Positions 21,189-30,278 of a DNA stretch of 41,478 nt are shown piece after piece. The notes beneath the pieces were generated by a model that saw nothing but the letters and a program-made list of their open reading frames with translations, did not search any database and was not told the DNA's origin. Each line of letters starts with the position of its first letter. Position 1 is the stretch's first letter. The stretch comes from Gammaproteobacteria bacterium (lineage in GTDB: Bacteria > Pseudomonadota > Gammaproteobacteria > UBA1113), in contig VFKP01000036.1 in NCBI GenBank assembly GCA_009885495.1, positions 1 to 41,478 on the forward strand, in the 5' to 3' direction. The translations under genes and the position numbers were made by a program.

Positions 21189-21949
21189 CACCCCTCCAAA
21201 TTTAATGATCGGTAAATCGCTGCGAATGTATCATAACTCAAGGACGCCCCTCCGACCAAGCCCCCATCTACATTCGGTAAATTCAACAATTCTGCTGCAT
21301 TTTGAGGTTTGATACTGCCTCCATATAAAATTCGCAGGTTTTCGCCCAGCATTCTATCATAGGAAAATAAGATTTGGCGCAAATAAGCCAAAGTTTTTTC
21401 AATTTCATCGCTACTGGGGGTTAATCCCGTACCAATGGCCCAAACAGGCTCATAGGCCAAAATACTCTCAGCAAATTCAGCGGCAGAGACCTGAGACAAA
21501 ACGGCTTGCAATTGTCTGTGTATCACGTCCAAGGTTAGTCCCTGGCGATAGTCTTGCTCTGTTTCCCCCACGCACAGCACCGGTTTTAAACCGGCTTCTT
21601 GGGCTCTAGCCCATTTCTGAGCTACGATTTGATCCGTTTCCCCATAAAGACTACGACGTTCCGAATGGCCTATCAGAGCATAATGACAACCCAATTCAGC
21701 GGCCATTGTCCCTGAAATTTCACCCGTAAATGCACCTTCTGAATGTTCACTCACATTTTGAATCCCTAAGCCAATACCCAGAGCCGCGCAATCTTCCTTT
21801 GCCAAGGCCAAGAAAACGGCCGGTGGGCATAAGACTAAATCCAAGGCAGAAAACAAGCGCAAATCAAGGCGCAAACCCTTGAATAGCGCAGCCAGCGTAA
21901 TCGATGTGCCACACATTTTCCAATTGGCTATCAGCAGTTTTTTACGCAT
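21188..21949 (-). CDS. tpiA: Triosephosphate isomerase
   Basis: ANWKM, GHSERR, AYEPVWAIGTG, YGGS and VGGAS motifs. Start placed at ATG 21949 (MRKKLLIANWK). Confidence 0.97.
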   Translation of the reverse strand: MRKKLLIANWKMCGTSITLAALFKGLRLDLRLFSALDLVLCPPAVFLALAKEDCAALGIGLGIQNVSEHSEGAFTGEISGTMAAELGCHYALIGHSERRSLYGETDQIVAQKWARAQEAGLKPVLCVGETEQDYRQGLTLDVIHRQLQAVLSQVSAAEFAESILAYEPVWAIGTGLTPSSDEIEKTLAYLRQILFSYDRMLGENLRILYGGSIKPQNAAELLNLPNVDGGLVGGASLSYDTFAAIYRSLNLEG

Positions 21950-22225
21950 TGCCCTATCTTTCTCCAGAGGGTTTTGAAACATGTTCTCCTCGACGATTGT
22001 AACTGACTTATCCAGAGCATACAAGGGCTTATCCCTTCCGACTGGACAAATTTAAAATTTATACTACACTTAACCTTACCTCTAGAACGGGGATGTCGGA
22101 GTCCCTTGAGGTGGGTGTTTGTTAAAGCACTTGATAGCCACAAGTCTTAACAAGCAGTAGGAGAATGTCTCAAGAAATTGGGGCCTTGTCTTTGACAGTG
22201 ATGTTAACAAAAAGGAAGTGATACC

Positions 22226-22567
22226 ATGAATCTACATTTTAAAACCCCCGCAGTGCTCTTTGGACACAAACAAAATGCAAACCCTCATCATCTGGCTGTT
22301 TACAGCAGGGATGTTAACTCAGATAGACAGAACGCTTTAAATGATGCCAGTCTGCCCGCAGGAAAAACAAACAGCAGACAAGATTGGGTTCGCTGCGCAT
22401 TAGGCCTGGCACTTTATGCCGTAGGGCTATTTCTATTCGCCTATGGGCAGCTCGTACAGCCTTCTTTGCTACTCATGCTAGCCGGCAGTGCCGTCTTGAT
22501 TTTAGGCTGCCATACCTTCATGCCCGCTGAAAGCAAGATAGTTCGAGAAGATAACGAAGATTTTTAA
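22226..22567 (+). CDS. Small hypothetical membrane protein (113 aa, two C-terminal TM helices)
   Basis: ATG with AAGGA RBS; a hydrophobic hairpin followed by an acidic tail (REDNEDF). Confidence 0.65.
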   Translation: MNLHFKTPAVLFGHKQNANPHHLAVYSRDVNSDRQNALNDASLPAGKTNSRQDWVRCALGLALYAVGLFLFAYGQLVQPSLLLMLAGSAVLILGCHTFMPAESKIVREDNEDF

Positions 22568-22586
22568 GCATTAAAACTTGTAAAAA

Positions 22587-22627
22587 TCCCCTCGCCCGAT
22601 ACTCCGGGTCAGGGGTTGAGGAAAGTG
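22587..22627 (-). repeat. Degenerate family-A repeat
   Basis: TCCCCTCGCCCGATACTCCGGGTCAGGGGTTGAGG, in reverse orientation, between convergent transcripts. Confidence 0.8.
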
Positions 22628-22650
22628 CATCAGAAGAAGCTTTTTTAAAA

Positions 22651-22727
22651 TGGCGCGCCCGGAGAGACTCGAACTCCCGACACCCTGGTTCGAAGCCAGG
22701 TACTCTATCCAACTGAGCTACGGGCGC
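22651..22727 (-). tRNA. tRNA-Arg (anticodon UCG)
   Basis: GCGCCCGTAGCTCAGTTGGATAGAGTA-CCTGG-CTTCGAA-CCAGG-GTGTC-GGGAGTTCGAGTCTCT-CCGGGCGCGCCA. Full cloverleaf with anticodon TCG. Confidence 0.95.
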
Positions 22728-22736
22728 ATCTTCAAT

Positions 22737-22765
22737 ATAATGCCGAAAAATGGACGTAATGGCAA
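22737..22765 (-). promoter_or_regulatory. Putative sigma70 promoter for tRNA-Arg
   Basis: TTGCCA-17 nt-CATTAT, ending 9 nt before the tRNA 5' end. Confidence 0.45.
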
Positions 22766-22771
22766 GCTTTT

Positions 22772-22800
22772 TTGACTTAAACTGAGCTCTTCGCTATGAT
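22772..22800 (+). promoter_or_regulatory. Putative sigma70 promoter for pgeF
   Basis: TTGACT-17 nt-TATGAT, each hexamer 5/6 of consensus. Confidence 0.7.
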
Positions 22801-22833
22801 AGGGTGCAAGATTTTTTCACAGCGGAGTGCTTT

Positions 22834-23577
22834 ATGCCTTATATCAAAGCCAATTGGCCTGTTCCTAAGCACATCCGCGCCTTTACTACTCTGCGCCCCG
22901 GTGGTTATAGTTTAGGTCCTTATCTTGGGTTTAATTTGGCCCAGCATGTCGGCGATGATCCCCTACTCATTGAAAAGAACCGAGAATTCTTAAGAAAGGA
23001 TGCCCAGTTGCCTGAAAAACCTATTTGGCTGTCACAAGTTCATGGACAACGGGTGGTTTCTAGAAATGAGGCCTGCGATCAGGAACAAGCGGATGGCATC
23101 TATACTCATGAAAAAAATAAAATCTGCGCCATTCTAACCGCAGATTGTTTACCCCTATTGATTGCTGAACCCAAAGGCCTAGGGGTTGCGGCCTTACATG
23201 CCGGTTGGCGTGGCTTACAGCAGAATATTATTGGCGAAGGCCTTCAAAAATTAGGCTTAGCGCCTGACAATTTAATGGCCTGGTTAGGCCCTGCTATTGG
23301 CAAACAAGCTTATACCATTGGCCCTGAAGTCAGAGAACTTTTCTTAGATAACGATCCCAGCCTTGCCAGCGCTTTTTTTCAAGACAGCGAGCAACGCTGG
23401 CATGCCGATCTCTATCAGATCGCTCGTTTACAATTGAAGGCTTTGGGCGTGACTCAGATTTATGCGGCTGGTGATTGCACTTACACTGATCCACAGCGCT
23501 TTTATTCAGCCAGGCAAAATGCTCAAACAGGTCGCATGGCCAGCTTAATTTGGATTGCTGGAGAGGATTCAAAATGA
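22834..23577 (+). CDS. pgeF: Peptidoglycan editing factor PgeF (YfiH, purine nucleoside enzyme)
   Basis: NLAQHVGD, QVHG, TADCLP, HAGWRG, LGPAI and GRMAS motifs. Start ATG 22834 with GGAG RBS. Confidence 0.95.
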   Translation: MPYIKANWPVPKHIRAFTTLRPGGYSLGPYLGFNLAQHVGDDPLLIEKNREFLRKDAQLPEKPIWLSQVHGQRVVSRNEACDQEQADGIYTHEKNKICAILTADCLPLLIAEPKGLGVAALHAGWRGLQQNIIGEGLQKLGLAPDNLMAWLGPAIGKQAYTIGPEVRELFLDNDPSLASAFFQDSEQRWHADLYQIARLQLKALGVTQIYAAGDCTYTDPQRFYSARQNAQTGRMASLIWIAGEDSK

Positions 23578-24362
23578 GTCAAAGCATTTCTTCGAAATTT
23601 TTAAATGCCAAACGCCGCTCTTGGCTCTTGCTAATTTTAGTAATCCTCTTAACGGGTATAGTTTGGGCTTATGCACGAACAGTTTCATTAAAACCGACCG
23701 AATGGCGAACCTTGGCTCCCGGCTTAAGTTACACACGTATAAGCTTACCCACAGGGCAATTACATGCTTTTAAAATTGAACTGAAAGATTACCAGCTGAA
23801 AATTTTAATGTCGGGAGAAAATGGCAGCGCTAAGATCATGGGTGAACAGGCGCAAAGCCTGATCACCAGCAATGGTGGGTTTTTTACGCCCTCTGGCCAA
23901 TCCTTAGGACTTAGGATCAGTCAAGGCAAGACATTGAGCCCTCTTAAGAACATTTCTTGGTGGGGCATTTTTTACATTCAAAATAATATCCCCCATCTGA
24001 GCAGCCTTAAAGACTTTCAGAATCAAGACAATATTGAGTTTGCCATACAAGCCGGGCCTCGCTTATTGATCGATAAAGCCATCCCCAAATTAAAAGAAGA
24101 CCAGGCCAATCGTACTGCCATCGGCTACACTGCAAAAGGCGAAATTCTTTTGATCAGCACTGAAAACGCAGCTTTAAGCACCGAAGACTTGGCTAAAATT
24201 CTACGTCGCAGCGAAAAATCAGGGGGCTTAGGCTGTATTTCCGCTTTAAATTTAGATGGCGGCAGTTCTTCTCAGCTCTATGCTAAAGTCGGGGATTTTC
24301 AATTAGATGTCCCGAATTATCGTTATATCAGCGATGGCTTGGGGGTTTTTCAAAAAAATTGA
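23574..24362 (+). CDS. Phosphodiester glycosidase (NAGPA/DUF2233) family protein with N-terminal membrane anchor
   Basis: NGGFF, QAGPRL, RTAIG and ALNLDGGSSSQL motifs; ATGA overlap with the pgeF stop. Confidence 0.88.
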   Translation: MSQSISSKFLNAKRRSWLLLILVILLTGIVWAYARTVSLKPTEWRTLAPGLSYTRISLPTGQLHAFKIELKDYQLKILMSGENGSAKIMGEQAQSLITSNGGFFTPSGQSLGLRISQGKTLSPLKNISWWGIFYIQNNIPHLSSLKDFQNQDNIEFAIQAGPRLLIDKAIPKLKEDQANRTAIGYTAKGEILLISTENAALSTEDLAKILRRSEKSGGLGCISALNLDGGSSSQLYAKVGDFQLDVPNYRYISDGLGVFQKN

Positions 24363-24391
24363 CTTTTTTAAAGCCAGCACTTTCTAACCCC

Positions 24392-24420
24392 TTGCTTTTT
24401 AGATAATTTTCTAATATGCT
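24392..24420 (+). promoter_or_regulatory. Possible sigma70 promoter for the outer-membrane protein gene
   Basis: TTGCTT-17 nt-TATGCT in AT-rich DNA; a weak match. Confidence 0.35.
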
Positions 24421-24542
24421 GATAATCTTTACAGCCTCTTCAGAGAACATTAAGATCTCATCAACAAAAGTTCACCATGGATGGAAAAGATAATTCGTGG
24501 CGGCTCTGAGGCACGATTATCACTTCATAAAGGAAAAATGTG

Positions 24543-25724
24543 ATGCATAAGCTCTTAAAACGAACGGCAACCTGTGGTTTAATCTTAAGCAGTCTGGGTT
24601 ACTCCATAGCTTCAGCGCAGGTCATTCAATATTTTGGCTTCCAAACGGATGATCCAGCAGCCCTACAATTCATTCAAGGCAATGAACTTCAGATTGGTGG
24701 TGCTCTGATTGCCCCGCATTTAACTCAAGATGGCAGTAATACCGACGCTTATGGCGTCACTCAGACAGGATCGTCTAATGGTGATCACCCAGTCGATCTT
24801 GCTTTTCCTCAATTACGTTATGCTCATCGTTTCTCCCCAAAATTAGTGGCTGGTTTAGATGTTAGTGAGCCGGTTGCAGGTTTTTACACCTTTTCTCAAG
24901 ACAGTTTCGCCTCTGCCTCAGGTTATGATATCGGGGTAAGATCAGTTAGCTTAGTCCCTAAAATCAGTTATGCCTTGACCGATAATTTGACCTTGGGTGC
25001 AGGTTTTGTTGCCACTCATATTTACAATTTTGATCTGAATTTTCAACCTTCCTTCTCATCCGGATTAGGGCCTTTTGAAAATCAGGATATGAATGGCTGG
25101 GGATATGGTTATCAATTGGGTGCCATGTATAAACTCAATCCACAAACCTATGTTGATTTCACTTATATTTCTAAAATCAGCACAGAAGTTGAAGGAAACA
25201 GCTCTTATCAAGGTAATGTCAGCGATGATGTACACACTAATGATTTCATTTGGACACCCAGCACCTATGATGCCAGATTGATACGCTTTATGAGCCAAAA
25301 ATGGATGACCGTAGGCGAAGTGGCTTATTCACAATGGGGCAAAGAAGAAAGCATTGATTTGTATCATAGCGCGGCTTCACCGACAAGCCCTATTAAAACA
25401 CCGCTGTATTACAATGACACCTGGCATTTCAATTGGTATAACCATTATCAATTCAGTGATAAATGGGGCGGCTTTTTTGCGATTTCTTATGACACCAATC
25501 CTCAAGATGATCCCGACAAAAATTACACCACTCTGCCCGTCAGTGCTGTAACCACGCCAGTGATTGGCGGGGATTATAAGATTAATGACAATGTGAAATT
25601 GGCCATGTATCTGGGAGATGGGATCTGGACACCTTCACCTGAGACTCATCTACCCAATAGCGATGTAGAAACTTCTGCCAATTGGCTCTTTGCCGGAATT
25701 AATTTAACGGTTGATTGGGCTTAG
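24543..25724 (+). CDS. Outer membrane beta-barrel, probably FadL/OmpP1 long-chain fatty acid transport family
   Basis: Signal peptide, DPA (NPA-like) motif, alternating beta-strand patterns (ISYALTDNLTLGAG, GWGYGYQLGAMY) and a C-terminal aromatic residue. Confidence 0.7.
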   Translation: MHKLLKRTATCGLILSSLGYSIASAQVIQYFGFQTDDPAALQFIQGNELQIGGALIAPHLTQDGSNTDAYGVTQTGSSNGDHPVDLAFPQLRYAHRFSPKLVAGLDVSEPVAGFYTFSQDSFASASGYDIGVRSVSLVPKISYALTDNLTLGAGFVATHIYNFDLNFQPSFSSGLGPFENQDMNGWGYGYQLGAMYKLNPQTYVDFTYISKISTEVEGNSSYQGNVSDDVHTNDFIWTPSTYDARLIRFMSQKWMTVGEVAYSQWGKEESIDLYHSAASPTSPIKTPLYYNDTWHFNWYNHYQFSDKWGGFFAISYDTNPQDDPDKNYTTLPVSAVTTPVIGGDYKINDNVKLAMYLGDGIWTPSPETHLPNSDVETSANWLFAGINLTVDWA

Positions 25725-25736
25725 CGATCCATTCGA

Positions 25737-25779
25737 CTCCCCTCGCCCGGTAATCTGGGAGAGGGGTTGGAGGAGAGGG
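25737..25779 (-). repeat. Family-A repeat between convergent genes
   Basis: CTCCCCTCGCCCGGTAATCTGGGAGAGGGGTTGGAGGAGAGGG, directly abutting the ttcA stop. Confidence 0.9.
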
Positions 25780-26613
25780 CTAAAAAGGATCCCTCAGCTC
25801 TTCTGTCTGCACCAGCTCTTCTGCTTCATCCCCTGTCAACATCTGTTTTTCTAGATTTTTAAAATCCCAGAGTTTTTTATCCATCAGTTGGCTGGGACGT
25901 ATATTGGCCAGGGCATGTAAAGTATTGCTCGGCACCTTAGGATTTTCGGCAGCCAAAGTTTGCATCAGTTGCGCCATCTTCTTACGAGTCAGCGTTTCTT
26001 GGGAACCGCATAAAGTGCAAGGAATAATCGGAAAATTCTGCTCTGTAGCGTAAGTAATAATGTCTTTTTCCTGGCAGTACGCCAAAGGGCGAATAAGCAC
26101 ATGGCGTTTATCATCGGTTAATAATTTAGGAGGCATAGAGCGGATCTCACCGCTGTATAGAACCGACATCAATAAGGTATTGATTAAATCATCGCGATGA
26201 TGCCCCAAAGCAACTTTATTAAACCCATGATCTTTGGCATAACGATAGATAATTCCCCGGCGCAAACGTGAACATAAGGAACAATAAGTCTTGCCCTCTG
26301 GAATTTTTTCTTTGACGATAGAATAAGTATCGCGACGCAAAACCTCATAGGGAATACGGCGCTCGGCCATCCAGGCTCGCAAGCCCCTATCGTCCCAGCC
26401 GGGCTGGGCTTGATCAAGCGTAAATGAAAATAATTCAAATCGCCCATTAGAATTTCGGCGCAATTGTTCCAAAACACAAAGCAAGGTGAAAGAATCCTTG
26501 CCGCCAGACAGACAAACCATCACCCGATCGCCCTTTTGGATCATATTGTAATCGCTGATGGCTTTTCCAGCATAATGCAGCAATTTTTTTTCAACTTTGG
26601 AAGTGGGCAACAT
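25780..26613 (-). CDS. ttcA: tRNA 2-thiocytidine(32) synthetase
   Basis: PP-loop [22 protein letters not shown] and [11 protein letters not shown]. Confidence 0.96.
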   Translation of the reverse strand: MLPTSKVEKKLLHYAGKAISDYNMIQKGDRVMVCLSGGKDSFTLLCVLEQLRRNSNGRFELFSFTLDQAQPGWDDRGLRAWMAERRIPYEVLRRDTYSIVKEKIPEGKTYCSLCSRLRRGIIYRYAKDHGFNKVALGHHRDDLINTLLMSVLYSGEIRSMPPKLLTDDKRHVLIRPLAYCQEKDIITYATEQNFPIIPCTLCGSQETLTRKKMAQLMQTLAAENPKVPSNTLHALANIRPSQLMDKKLWDFKNLEKQMLTGDEAEELVQTEELRDPF

Positions 26614-26680
26614 AAGGGCATCTCTTTTTGAATATTGGGGCTATTAGAACGCATTTACGTTGATTTTTCAAGTTCTGAGC

Positions 26681-27325
26681 TCAATGGCCAAAAGAGTAAT
26701 AAGGACTCGACCCAGAGTTCTGCGAATCACTAAGCTCATCATCCCCTGAATCGCTGTATTGCTGATATTGGACTTGCATCTGTCCATCCGCATCTAAACT
26801 CAGAAAAACATCTAAGACCTCATCACCCTCAGTTGAAAAAACACATTCTGAAAATTTAAAATTTTCACTGATAAGCTTCCCTTTAAAAATCGAAGCTATT
26901 TTTAGAGGATTTCTCAAAAAAGCGCGCACTGCACTGATCTCTTTTTCAGTACCTGAGCATTGAGAAGACGCTTTTTGTCCGCCAATCAGCGCACAGGATT
27001 CTAAAATAAAATGAACATCATCACCCAACTGTTCACAAAGTTCCCCATAAAAATATTCTAAACAATTATTTCCAATCTGAGCTGGGTCTTCGCCTTTTTC
27101 CTGGCCACTCCAATGGTATAAAGCCAAAAAATAAGCACTTTCTTTTTCAATAACGGCTACTCCGCTGGCGAAGATTCCTATACAAGGCCCTAAACCTCGA
27201 GAGCTCATTAAAACTTCTTCAGTGCCTAAATCTTCCTCTTCGCAGAAGATAACGCTCATTTCACCCATATTCACCAAAACACCGGCCTTTTCATCACTAA
27301 GGCCTTGCGCTATTTTCGAAAACAT
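26681..27325 (-). CDS. Hypothetical protein, possible CheD/CNF1-like Cys-His deamidase (214 aa)
   Basis: GGTGA RBS; motifs VNMGE...GLGPC48IGI...LYH71WSG...LIGG; acidic Ser-rich C-terminus. The function is inferred only. Confidence 0.75.
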   Translation of the reverse strand: MFSKIAQGLSDEKAGVLVNMGEMSVIFCEEEDLGTEEVLMSSRGLGPCIGIFASGVAVIEKESAYFLALYHWSGQEKGEDPAQIGNNCLEYFYGELCEQLGDDVHFILESCALIGGQKASSQCSGTEKEISAVRAFLRNPLKIASIFKGKLISENFKFSECVFSTEGDEVLDVFLSLDADGQMQVQYQQYSDSGDDELSDSQNSGSSPYYSFGH

Positions 27326-27398
27326 TACTTCACCATTTGAATTATTATTATCTATACGGTATCATGCTCTTAACATCATGATTTAAAAGGGCTTTTTT

Positions 27399-27794
27399 AT
27401 GGGCATGCATCCTGGACTATACACAGATGACTTAAATTCATTAAAAAGAAAATATTTTACCTATTTCCAGAATCCAAACTCTGGCGCCCACAACTTGGCG
27501 CAGATTTTAAACGAACTGAAAACTTTTAGCAACAGCGGCAATCCCCGCCTAAAATTTAAAGCCCAGGAGCTTTATCTTCATATCCTATATGGTCTCTACC
27601 TCGATAAAAAAACAGTATCTGAAGATCATCCGAATACCGCAAAAGCACTCAAAGAGCAATATCAAGAGTTGATGGAAACTCCTCAGTATTTAGCCTTAAA
27701 AGATAATCAGGCGCTTAAACAAAAAATAATCCGTTATTCAGCTCGGTTAGCAGAACCCAGCGTATTAGAGCCTTCAATGGCTTTAGTCAAATAA
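27399..27794 (+). CDS. Hypothetical protein (131 aa)
   Basis: Helical, protein-like composition; fills the gap. Its 3' end overlaps glpD convergently by 61 nt. Confidence 0.65.
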   Translation: MGMHPGLYTDDLNSLKRKYFTYFQNPNSGAHNLAQILNELKTFSNSGNPRLKFKAQELYLHILYGLYLDKKTVSEDHPNTAKALKEQYQELMETPQYLALKDNQALKQKIIRYSARLAEPSVLEPSMALVK

Positions 27795-29284
27795 GTGTCT
27801 AAACTGTTGAGATCGATCGATGCTTGATACAGGCCTAAACGCGTGCGTCGCCATAAAATATCCTCAACGGTTTTGGCCCATTCATTTTCAATTAAATAAT
27901 CAACTTCTAATTGATATAAGCCTGCGCCAAAATGCTGACCCAGATCTTCAAAACAAGAAGCGGAATTTAACCAGCTCAAATGAGCAACTCCATAAGTTTT
28001 TAAATAGCGTCTGATGACAAATTCTGGTAGAAAATAAAATTGTTTTCTAAATTTATCTTCAAGAGCAGAGGCTATCTTTTTTCCTTTCCTCTTTTGATCG
28101 ACCTCTATTTCATTAGGGATCTCTAAAGCATTGGATAAATTTTGAAAATGCGGTGCTAATTGTTGTAAAGCGTCCAAGGCTAAGCGATGATGAGTGGTTA
28201 ACTTTCCGCCCAGAACACTGAGCACTCCTCTACCCTTGGCTCCCCATTGCCAGTCTAAATGATAATCTCGAGATAAGGCATGCATAGAATGTTTGGGATC
28301 TCTGAGCAAAGGGCGAACCCCGGAAAAACTGTGAACAATATCAGCTCGAGTGAGCGGTTTTTCCAAATAGACATTCGCTGCTGTCAATAAATATTCGATT
28401 TCGCTTTCTTCTATTTTCAAATTGTCAAGATCACCGGTATAAGCCAACTCGGTTGTCCCCAACAAACTATAGCCTTCTTCGTAGGGTGTTAAAAAAATAA
28501 CGCGTTTATCCTCACATTCAAACAGATAGGCTTTATCATTGGGCAAATTTATGTTTAAAACCAAATGGCTGCCTTTCACCCAGGTCAAAGGAGGCTCTTT
28601 AAATTCAGGCCAATAGTGTTCTTGGGTTTTCCCTACCCAAGGACCCGAAGCATTGATCATAACTGCAGCGCGATACTCTGAGATCTGTTTTGAACATTTA
28701 TTTTCGACCTGTACACTCCAATAAGACGGCGTTTCTGCTACAGAAAGAAGGCGGGTATAGTTTAAAATGATCGCTCCCTCTTCTTTGGCTTCTAGAGCCA
28801 GCGTTAAGACCAAACGGGCATCATGAGTCCAAGCATCGCTGTAGATTAAACCTGAATGAATTTCTTTTTTCAAAAAAGAATGATAAGGCTCTTGTTTTAA
28901 ATCAATTCCAGCCGAACGCGGCAAGCGAGAGCCCCAGCTTAAAATATCGTAGATCCATAGGCCTAAGCGATTAATCCAATATGGCCGATGATGATAATGG
29001 TAAGGCATGATAAGAGACAAGGGTTTCACACACTGTGGCTCTGTTTCTAATAGAAAATCACGTTCTTTTAAAGATTTTCGAACCATGGAAAATTGATATT
29101 GCTGTAAATAACGCAATCCCCCGTGAATGAGTTGCGTACTTTTGGACGAGGTGCCTGAAGCCAAATCATTTTGATCCATCAGCAATACCTTTAAACCTCG
29201 ATTGGCAGCCTCTCTGGCAATACTTATGCCATTGATACCTGCACCGATGATCAGAATATCATATCTATTTTCAGAAACAGTCAT
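27734..29284 (-). CDS. glpD: FAD-dependent glycerol-3-phosphate dehydrogenase
   Basis: GAGING, GTSSKSTQLIHGGLRYL, KGSH, SGVRPL, GGKLTT and EDILWRRTRLG motifs. Confidence 0.95.
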   Translation of the reverse strand: MTVSENRYDILIIGAGINGISIAREAANRGLKVLLMDQNDLASGTSSKSTQLIHGGLRYLQQYQFSMVRKSLKERDFLLETEPQCVKPLSLIMPYHYHHRPYWINRLGLWIYDILSWGSRLPRSAGIDLKQEPYHSFLKKEIHSGLIYSDAWTHDARLVLTLALEAKEEGAIILNYTRLLSVAETPSYWSVQVENKCSKQISEYRAAVMINASGPWVGKTQEHYWPEFKEPPLTWVKGSHLVLNINLPNDKAYLFECEDKRVIFLTPYEEGYSLLGTTELAYTGDLDNLKIEESEIEYLLTAANVYLEKPLTRADIVHSFSGVRPLLRDPKHSMHALSRDYHLDWQWGAKGRGVLSVLGGKLTTHHRLALDALQQLAPHFQNLSNALEIPNEIEVDQKRKGKKIASALEDKFRKQFYFLPEFVIRRYLKTYGVAHLSWLNSASCFEDLGQHFGAGLYQLEVDYLIENEWAKTVEDILWRRTRLGLYQASIDLNSLDTYLTKAIEGSNTLGSANRAE

Positions 29285-30024
29285 GAAGGCTTCTCCTGAT
29301 ACAAATGAGGATTATCTGAAAAAAAACCATCCACCCCAAAGCTTTGAAGTTCTTTCGCTCTTTCTAAATCATTCACGGTGTACGCCAACACATATTGAGA
29401 TTTTAATTTTAAAGCTTGCACTCTTTTTTCATTTAAAATTTTTTCATTACAATGAATGCTGAATACTTTAAATTCTGAAATTTTAATTTCCCATAAAGGA
29501 TCCCAACGAGACATTAAAAACCCCAAAGGCAGCTCTGACGCATAGTGAGCGTACCATTTGACCGCCTTAAATTCAAAACTGGAAATCAGCAAGGGTATTT
29601 TTTTCTCATACACTCTAAGCATTTGCCTGACTATTTCAGCCGTTCTTTCGGCGTATTCTCGTTTGGCGGGTTTAATTTCCAAATTAATGCCTTTGCCCTG
29701 TTTTAAAGCCAGATCCAACAAAGCTTTCAGTGTTGGAATGTTTGTGCCCTGGTAATTGGGATAAAACTGAAACCCAGCATCATAGTGTTTTAAATCTTCA
29801 AACTGAAGACCATCAATATTCGCTTTTCGGCCTGTGGTTCGCAGAAGATTTCGATCGTGTAAGATCACCGGGATCTCATCTTGTGTTAAGACCACATCAC
29901 ATTCCACCCATTCAGCCCCCATTTGGTAAGCCAATTCAAAAGCCGCTAAAGTATTCTCGGGCGCGATTTGATTCGCACCGCGATGTGCGATGATGGGTCG
30001 GTTTTTATTTTGAAATAATTTCAT
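29281..30024 (-). CDS. ugpQ: Glycerophosphodiester phosphodiesterase (UgpQ/GlpQ family)
   Basis: IIAHRG, PENTLAAF, ECDV, HD, NLEIK, YTVND and GVDG motifs; ATGA overlap with glpD. Confidence 0.92.
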   Translation of the reverse strand: MKLFQNKNRPIIAHRGANQIAPENTLAAFELAYQMGAEWVECDVVLTQDEIPVILHDRNLLRTTGRKANIDGLQFEDLKHYDAGFQFYPNYQGTNIPTLKALLDLALKQGKGINLEIKPAKREYAERTAEIVRQMLRVYEKKIPLLISSFEFKAVKWYAHYASELPLGFLMSRWDPLWEIKISEFKVFSIHCNEKILNEKRVQALKLKSQYVLAYTVNDLERAKELQSFGVDGFFSDNPHLYQEKPS

Positions 30025-30107
30025 GGGGCTTCCTTAGCGACGATAAATACATCCATTACATTTCAAAGCCTATGAGACTATATCCTCGCAGCTGAAAATG
30101 CGAGATC

Positions 30108-30178
30108 CGTCATTGCGAGCGTAGCGAAGCAATCCAGAGAACGGCTCACTAGATTGCTTCGCTACGCTCGCAATGACG
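30108..30178. repeat. Family-B (RPE-like) palindromic element
   Basis: Perfect 27-bp IR CGTCATTGCGAGCGTAGCGAAGCAATC / GATTGCTTCGCTACGCTCGCAATGACG. Confidence 0.93.
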
Positions 30179-30278
30179 TACGAAGCTTTCTTAATGATCT
30201 ATTAAAATTTTCAGTGATGAGATCATTTGATGATATTCAATCTCGCATCTTGAAGTATAATGAATATATAGCACTCTA

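Noticed and set aside
22518-22712. 64-aa ORF (and the 68-aa ORF at 20768..20974)
   Set aside because: They overlap tRNA genes and repeats, so they are spurious.
20718-22727. tRNA genes as integration sites of a genomic island or prophage
   Set aside because: No integrase in the window, and I found no duplicated tRNA 3' end.
24430-24515. Possible riboswitch in the leader of the FadL-like gene
   Set aside because: Only a short imperfect pairing (GCCTC..CAGAG/CTCTGAGGC), with no recognisable aptamer consensus.
30190-30209. TTAA-N7-TTAA resembling a PmrA box upstream of ugpQ
   Set aside because: No properly spaced -10 element on either strand, and the region is AT-rich, so chance is likely.
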